From Paraspadella gotoi (taxonomy: Eukaryota; Animalia; Chaetognatha), in assembly GCA_051294375.1 (NCBI GenBank), contig CM119270.1, positions 12,827,117 to 12,891,116 on the forward strand: a stretch of DNA of 64,000 nucleotides, read 5' to 3'. Below are positions 59,621 to 64,000 of this stretch, one piece after another. Both the position numbers and the translations under genes were made by a program. The stretch's first letter is position 1, and each line of letters opens with the position of its first letter. The notes below the pieces were generated by a model that was not told the origin of the DNA, ran no database searches, and saw only the letters and a program-made list of their open reading frames with translations.

Positions 59621-61942
59621 TTTATTTTTCTTTCTTTTTTTATTTATTTTCTTCACTCTTTCTTTCGGATTTTTTTTTTGTGATAGTTTTTATATCCTTT
59701 TAATTTTTTTTTAACATTTTTTTAGCTCAGTTTCCTATTTATTTTATCTTTTACATCTTAAAAAATGTTGACTCAAAACATTTGTGCACCCTATCAAACC
59801 ATCAAAAAAAATCATTTCTCTTTCCAGTTGTACAAACAAAAATTAAAATCCCTATTGGAATAATGCGTCCGGTTAAGGAATGCGATTTCAAAGAAGATGG
59901 TAGAATTTCACATACAGTGTCACATTAATTATAGATTCGAAATGAAACATTAATAGAGTTAGTAGAGGATAAATGAACTATTTTGCTAAACATGACAGAG
60001 AAAAACATATTCTTAATGGTTATACAACCGCCGGATGTTTACGTACTTTTTGAAATATTTTAAAACATTTGGATGAGTGTTTTGTTATGATCTTTTCGGT
60101 AAAAAAAAACAGTATTAGCATACCTGTTAATAATTTCTGCCTTAAGATGTTATTCAGTGGAGCGGGCTCAAAAAATTTTATCCTGGACTTGGTAATAAAA
60201 ATTATTGCTTGTTTGGTTAACAATTATTTTTTATCACCGTTTAAAAACAATTTTGGTATGTTTTTTCTTTTAGAGATAAAAATTTTCATTATACAAATTT
60301 GATCCTAGTTTAATCTAAAGCTTTTTATGTCAGATTTTTAAAACTCCTTTAACGGACACCTGGAGGTCTCGTCTCTCAGTTTTGGGAAGTAAATAGATCT
60401 CCATTAAAAATATAAATAAGATAATTAATCATAAGTTCAAACGTAACCGAAAGTTTTTTTATGGTAAAGGATGTATTTAACTTTTAGCCAAAAGGAACGA
60501 AAGTGAATTAAAAAGATTTCGAGGGAGGATGAAAACCGAGATGTCGCCCTTTTTTCTTGACTTTTTGTTTTAAAGCCGAATTTAAATTTTATTATTTATA
60601 CTGAAAATAAACCTATTCTCCCAGGGGCAAAAATAGCTATTGTACTCGATCGCGTCTTCGGGGTATTGTTTTTGGAGACGGCCGCGTTTTTCTTTTACCT
60701 TTCGTGGCTTTTTTATAAAAAAAATTAAGAAGTATTTGCTTTTTTTCAACGACCTTGAATCCTTTAAAAAAAAACTTTCAGACATTTTATACAATTTAGA
60801 TATATGTGTGCGCAGCTGACACTAGCCCACTTTATTTTATAAGGGCGATTATCCTCGTTTAATTTTTTTTTACATATATTTCGAAGAATAAACTCGGGTC
60901 GAATCTTTTCTCCTCGGCCTCTCGGGTAATGAAAATCCCCTTAAGGGAATTTTAAGAGAAATAACATAATTTCAAAGCGCGAGCCAATCGATAGATTTTT
61001 TTCGTAAAATAATATAATGATATCCCGGCCTTGTTTTAAATTAAAAGCGCCGAAATACTCGTCTTTTCCTTCTCTTATATCTATGTGAAGCTCGTTCACT
61101 CCCATTTCCACCCCTTCACAATTCACACACACCTCGTTCCCCTCCACCCACCCATCGATACGTGAGGCCCCCACCCAAGCTTCATTACACCCACTTTTTT
61201 AGGGGGGGAGATGGGGGGAAAAGTCGGAAGGCGATTGCCCGCGGAGATGAAATACGATGAAAAAAAAAGAAAATTGGCTTAAAAACCCTAACTTTTTCGA
61301 AGTTCATATCGCGGACTAAGTGTGAGATTTTTGGGCGCGGATTCCTTTTGAAGTTTCGCCGAAATTTCGAATTTCGACAAACTACTTGTGATTGAACTGG
61401 GTCTTTTAGTATACTAAAAAAAATCTTTTATTTCTTCTTGTTTTTTTTTTACTTTTAAGTTCTAACTTTTTATATAGTTTCTTTCCTCTTAAGACTTATC
61501 CAATGTTTGTTAGTTATGTAATGGAGTAAAAAATATGTGAAAGTGACGGAGAGAGAGACCAAAAGCGAAAAAATACCTACCCGCAGAAGAACCGGGGGAA
61601 AAAAATTCATTTTCTTGAGATTAAGGCATAATTTTCTCTATATTTAATTTTCCTAATTCGCTCTATTTTCCGCTTCATTATCGCTTCGTTTCGGCGTAAA
61701 TCGCTCCATTTTGGCGGAATTATTTCCGAAAATGAGTCGACTTCTCACGTTTCTCGTCTCCGCGGGATCCCGCGTGTTTGTTCACTTCGCCCCTCGGCCG
61801 CTAGGGGCGCTGGGGGAAGAAGGGGGGAGAGAAAAAGGATGAGAGGGCGGAGTGTTTGGGAAAGATGAAAACAGAGAGGGGGTGGAGCTCTGTGCGGCGG
61901 AGGGCGGTAAAATGCGCCGCTAATTTGAAGCATTGTGTTTTG

Positions 61943-61944
<2 letters not shown>

Positions 61945-62025
<81 letters not shown>
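61945..62025. repeat. (GA)n microsatellite
   Basis: Read directly from the sequence. Confidence 0.95.
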
Positions 62026-63079
62026 TCTTGTTTGTTTTATCATTATCGTTAATTTGTTATTGTCATAGTTATTACGAACTAATTGTGATGCATTCAATCA
62101 AAAAAATATTCAAGTTAGTTACGCGATCATCATCATCATCAGCGTCGGCTGTCATCTTCGTCATCTTGACATTTGTCATCATTATCCGCCGTCAACGACG
62201 ACTTCATTTTCTTCGAAAAGACACACTTGTTAAAATTAGAAGGGTTGACGTTTGACGAATCCTCTTCGACGTTATCATCGTTATCATCACGGTTGTCATC
62301 ATCATCATCATCATATTCATCGAGAAGGACATCAGTTTGTACTTCGTTGTCATTTTCAGTAGCATCATTATCATCGGCTAATTTCTCAGTCCTGGATTTT
62401 TTTTCGATTCACAATAGTGAATTTGATACTTTTGTCGTATTTTTAATATTAAAATGTCTTTTTTGTAATATTAAACCGTTTTGTCGTCTTTCACTTAAAA
62501 TATGTTACAGTTAACTAGATATTATATCATATTTATTGTTTACATTGAGTAGTCGAATGCTCGTTATCTCAAAAATTCTTTTTTGCTAAATGCTTGTTCC
62601 GGGCAAACCCCAAGCTTGACCTTCAGAGGGCACTGGGACTCAAAATCGAGTGCAAGAGACCGAGCAGAGAGCGAACGAAGACGGAGAGAGAGGAGAGAGA
62701 GAGGAGAAAGAGAGAGAGAGAGATTTGAGAGAGAAAGAGAGAGACAGACCGGTTAGTAGTTAGAGAAGCGACCAAAACAGGATTATTGTAATAAAGCAGA
62801 GAAAATAAAAAGGAGCGGGTTTCTCTTGAAACTCGGATTGTGTAATGGAATGAAAAGGGTGAGTGAAGGTGAGGAAGGGCGATGCCGGTTCCGGAATTCG
62901 TCTGTCTGAATGAAGAGATCCAAGGCGAAAAAGAAGGGGATCAGTTTTTATATTAATTTCGTATTAAAGGGTTAGTACCAAGTTGACGGGATCTGATTTT
63001 AACTATTCGTTCATTTGGGATATCGCGAAAAATCGAAAGAGAGATTGAGAGAGAGAGTGAGAGAGAGAAGAGAGGAGGT

Positions 63080-63110
<31 letters not shown>

Positions 63111-64000
63111 AGAGAGGAGGAAAAAGAGGAAGAGGAAGAGAGAGAGAGAGAGGAAGTAAGAAGAGGTAGAGACGAGAGAAGAGAGAGAGAGAGAGAAAAA
63201 TGTTTTTCCACAATTTTATCTCAAGCTGATTGATAACCTACTTGATAAGCCGTTTTAATTAATTATAAAAATCTAAATATCTTATCTTGTTTTTCGTTCC
63301 GTAAGAATTCGCGTTTGAAATTCTTGAACAAAGATTCAATGCGCGATCAAATTCGCCCCTTTCTTTTTTTTTTTTTCTTTTTTCTAGTTTTGAGTAGTTC
63401 ACGCTTTTTCGATCACTCCGTAAATCACACGATTTAATCACAATCATTTACATAATGTCGATTAGCTGATTATCCTTGAAAGGAAAATAGTAATCTTAAC
63501 TTTTGTCACTTCTCAAGATTTCAACTCGGATCGATCCATCAAATTTCTTTCCGCTTTGATCCACAAATTGAAAATGTTTTCACTTTTATGTTTTCAGTTC
63601 TCACCGCACGAATGACTCGACCCTTGACGTGTGACGGACGATCCTGCCTTACTTCTCGCTTTACTCGTTACGAGATATATTTTAATAAGGAATCAAGATT
63701 TATTTTGTATGAGCTAGAAAAGATGATACTTATTTAATTCGTCATCTAAAATTATTAAAAATTACTCATTTACGAGATTTTATTTTTATTCCCTGTTTAG
63801 ACTTGTTTGTGTGTCTTTGCTTTCAATTCATTCGCATCTTTTTGTTTTCTTCCTTCATTGTCCTTTATTTTTTTCTTATTTAATATTCATATTCATATTC
63901 CACCAGTGCGTTTTATTATTCTTATCTCTCTTTCTTCTTCCTCTTTGACTTCTTCTTTTTTTCATTCTCTCCCCTTTTTCTCTCGCTTCCCTTCTAATAT

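Noticed and set aside
62140-62408. Minus-strand Asp-rich open frame
   Set aside because: About 89 codons, no start, built on a degenerate (GAT)n like the one at 7730-7830; no supporting exons
58509-64000. Further exons or a new gene
   Set aside because: No domain-coding frame with credible splice sites was found; treated as intron or intergenic sequence

Overview
Draft-quality animal (metazoan, probably invertebrate) genomic DNA with many N gaps and microsatellites. Three genes are visible. (1) An LRR gene on the minus strand (ATG at 1679) has a signal peptide and no introns in its visible coding region; it runs off the window start and is missing from the ORF track. (2) The last exons of a plus-strand gene encode a fibronectin type III domain (5235-7965). 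(3) A very large plus-strand mosaic extracellular protein gene (about 12.4-58.5 kb, continuing beyond) was reconstructed by hand from GT-AG exons, mostly phase 1. It encodes about 14 LDL-receptor class A repeats, 5 thyroglobulin type-1 repeats, 2 Kunitz domains and about 18 Ig domains of perlecan-like type. Two tandem duplications (about 13.2-17.3 kb vs 17.3-20.0 kb, and about 22.2-35.0 kb vs 35.0-47.2 kb) have an indel-ridden first copy and are most likely long-read gap-filling or haplotype artefacts. The most unusual signal is in the introns of the big gene: many lack a U-rich polypyrimidine tract and instead carry, near the 3' splice site, an intron-specific reverse complement of their own 5' end. 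This suggests RNA-structure-assisted splicing or a TIR-transposon (introner) origin. All coordinates and alignments were read by eye.
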